A DNA stretch of 64,000 nucleotides, taken from the IMG/VR virus record IMGVR_UViG_3300042515_001753, positions 169,887-233,886 of that record, one strand, 5' to 3'. The position numbers and the translations under genes are program-made. This document shows positions 63,249 to 64,000 of the stretch, piece by piece. The notes beneath the pieces are model-generated. The model saw only the letters and a list, made by a program, of their open reading frames with translations, searched no databases and had not been told where the DNA came from. Numbering within the stretch: position 1 is the stretch's first letter; each line of letters opens with the position of its first letter.

Positions 63249-64000
63249 TTAAGTTGATTTGTTTCTATTTATAATGCTGTATAAATTTTGAATTTGAACT
63301 TGTTGTTCTTTAATTGCTTCTATGAGTAATCCAACAAGATTTCCATAAGCAACTGATTTGTATCCATTACTTTCTATAACGAGGTCTGGATATACTGTTT
63401 CCAACTCTTGTGCAATCAAACCTATGGTGTGAACGTTAGTATCAATACGATCATATTCTACACCTCTAAGATTAATAACTTTTTCAAGTGCATTTTCAAT
63501 TGTATGAATATTAGTTTTTAGTCTTTCATCAGAGTTTGCAGTTATTGATCCACCAACTGTTAAGTCACCAGTGCTTGCATTAAATGTAAATGCCGTTGCT
63601 GTAGTTCTTACACTTGCGGTTTGGTTTGATCCTGCAGCAGCAACAAATACTGGATAAAATGTCGCATTTGTTGTTGTGTCTGTAGCATTAATAGTTGTTG
63701 ATGGTCCTGCCGATCCTTGAAGACCTTGAGTTCCTTGTGAACCTACCGTACCTTGTGAACCTACTGTACCTTGTGTCCCCTGAAGACCTTGACGACCTTG
63801 AAGACCTTGAAGACCTTGAGTTCCTTGTGAACCAACTGTACCTTGTGAACCTACTGTACCTTGTGAACCTACTGTACCTTGTGAACCTACCGTACCTTGA
63901 GTCCCCTGAAGACCCTGACGACCTTGAAGACCTTGAAGACCTTGAAGACCTTGAGTTCCTTGTGAACCTACCGTACCTTGTGAACCTACTGTACCTTGTG
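63249..64000 (-). CDS. C-terminal part of a second collagen-like tail fibre with peptidase S74-like chaperone (start outside window)
   Basis: QGTVGSQG / QGLQG repeats at ~63710-64000; ANSDERLKTNI ... AYGNLVGLLIEAIKEQQ; TAA at 63251-63249. Confidence 0.85.
   Translation of the reverse strand, partial: QGTVGSQGTVGSQGTQGLQGLQGLQGRQGLQGTQGTVGSQGTVGSQGTVGSQGTVGSQGTQGLQGLQGRQGLQGTQGTVGSQGTVGSQGTQGLQGSAGPSTTINATDTTTNATFYPVFVAAAGSNQTASVRTTATAFTFNASTGDLTVGGSITANSDERLKTNIHTIENALEKVINLRGVEYDRIDTNVHTIGLIAQELETVYPDLVIESNGYKSVAYGNLVGLLIEAIKEQQVQIQNLYSIINRNKST

Noticed and set aside
1-64000. Alternative genetic code or stop-codon readthrough
   Set aside because: Core genes are full length in the standard code and no suppressor tRNA was seen.

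Overview
64 kb of an AT-rich T4-like myovirus genome, most likely a cyanophage-type virus. This is inferred from the gp32/gp59/gp33/PhoH/ThyX/glutaredoxin block and the baseplate block gp53-gp48-gp2-gp4-gp26-gp51-gp5; no photosynthesis gene is present to fix the host. Almost all genes are on the minus strand. Left to right: small early genes with a repeated promoter element, a tandem array of 2OG-Fe(II) oxygenases and an SF2 helicase; large tail-fibre genes; a tRNA cluster; an island in which beta-propeller repeat proteins alternate with modifying enzymes (hydroxylase, GT4-FkbM, sulfotransferase, GT-A) beside a collagen-like fibre; baseplate genes; replication and late-transcription genes; a second glycosyl/methyl-transferase island; and more small fibre genes. 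The strongest unexplained signal is at 15858-16931. A tRNA-Leu(UAA) there is split at the anticodon by a 198-nt group I intron with no ORF. A free-standing HNH endonuclease lies directly downstream, with its start codon abutting a perfect 14-bp hairpin whose loop holds a late promoter. Together this looks like a tRNA-targeted intron plus endonuclease 'collaborative homing' unit. All product calls come from motif recognition by eye; no database search or folding program was run.
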